In this document: positions 63,501-64,000 of the stretch, piece after piece | How positions within the stretch are numbered: the stretch's first letter is position 1 | How the letters are laid out: every line of letters begins with the position of its first letter | DNA from: Schmidtea polychroa | Taxonomy: Eukaryota | DNA length: 64,000 nucleotides | Reading direction: 5' to 3' | Assembly (NCBI GenBank): GCA_044892525.1 | Contig: CM097885.1 | Location: 31,312,001 to 31,376,000, forward strand | Translations under genes and position numbers: made by a program | Notes under the pieces: model-generated | The model's input: the letters and a program-made list of their open reading frames with translations, nothing else | Database searches by the model: none | What the model was told of the DNA's origin: nothing

Positions 63501-64000
63501 TTCAAGTCTTTTACGTGCTCACGATAAAGGATACTGTCTAACTAGAAAAGAACTATTAGCAATATACGATTACGTCATATATTTTCGGCATTATTTATAT
63601 GGAAAAAGGTTTGATATCCATACGGATCATAAGGCTTTAAAGTTCTTAAAATCAACTTTGAAACCAATAAGTCCACAATTGCAAACATGGTTGAGTGAGT
63701 TATCAAGTAATGAGTTTGATTTAAAATATAGGAAGGGTGAAAATCATACAAACGCTGATGGACTATCGAGGATATTGTTAAGTTATTGCTCACAATGTCA
63801 AACCGAACACAAAGAAACCAGAAACCGTAACCGTTATTTGGTATTAATAATTGATCAGTTCAGCAAAATGGTAAATTTAACGCCTACTCAGAACCAAGAT
63901 GAAAAGATTGTATGTCGTGTACTTTTACACAATTGGGTATACAAATTCAGTAAGCCAGCTTACATTGTTTCGGATAGAGGTAACCTTAACAACTCTTTTT
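60546..64000 (+). mobile_element. Degraded Ty3/gypsy LTR retrotransposon running off the window
   Basis: Candidate LTR TGTAAC...GTTAC (60546-~60904) then PBS-like TGACGACC; gag 60930-61712; degenerate knuckle CYCCVESGH; protease LWDTGAS (~62185); RT RMCQDFRKVN, SSLDLGQAYFQ, APASFQR, YLVD; RNase H KELLAI..YLYGKRF.IHTDHKAL; integrase IIDQFSK, IVSDRG. Many stops and frameshifts. Confidence 0.92.

Overview
AT-rich eukaryotic genomic DNA; the (ATT)n/(TA)n microsatellites, 38-56 nt introns and TE spectrum suggest an invertebrate such as a planarian flatworm, but that is inference only. No host gene is recognisable and the window is largely mobile DNA. The centrepiece is a full-length 16.1 kb Polinton/Maverick (3583-19719) with AGTAGT termini, ~1 kb near-identical TIRs and a 6-bp TSD CTGATG. 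It encodes protein-primed PolB, adenain-like protease, major and minor capsid proteins, two core/membrane proteins, a retroviral-like integrase with chromodomain and an A32 packaging ATPase. Its accessory genes are unusual: a divergent TATA-binding-protein homologue, an IAP-type RING protein, a possible OB-fold SSB, Cys-rich and acidic orphans, and a small MGxxxS ORF overprinted on the integrase. Reading the DNA by hand gives nine GT-AG introns in five of its genes, all restoring reading frames; these include four small 5' exons of pPolB and an (ATT)21 intron inside the integrase catalytic core. pPolB carries one frameshift and one nonsense codon. A second, internally deleted Polinton of another family lies at 24654-27971 (TSD TTTTGC), with a mariner inserted in one TIR. 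The rest is hAT, Tc1/mariner, piggyBac, NeSL-like and Ty3/gypsy elements or remnants.
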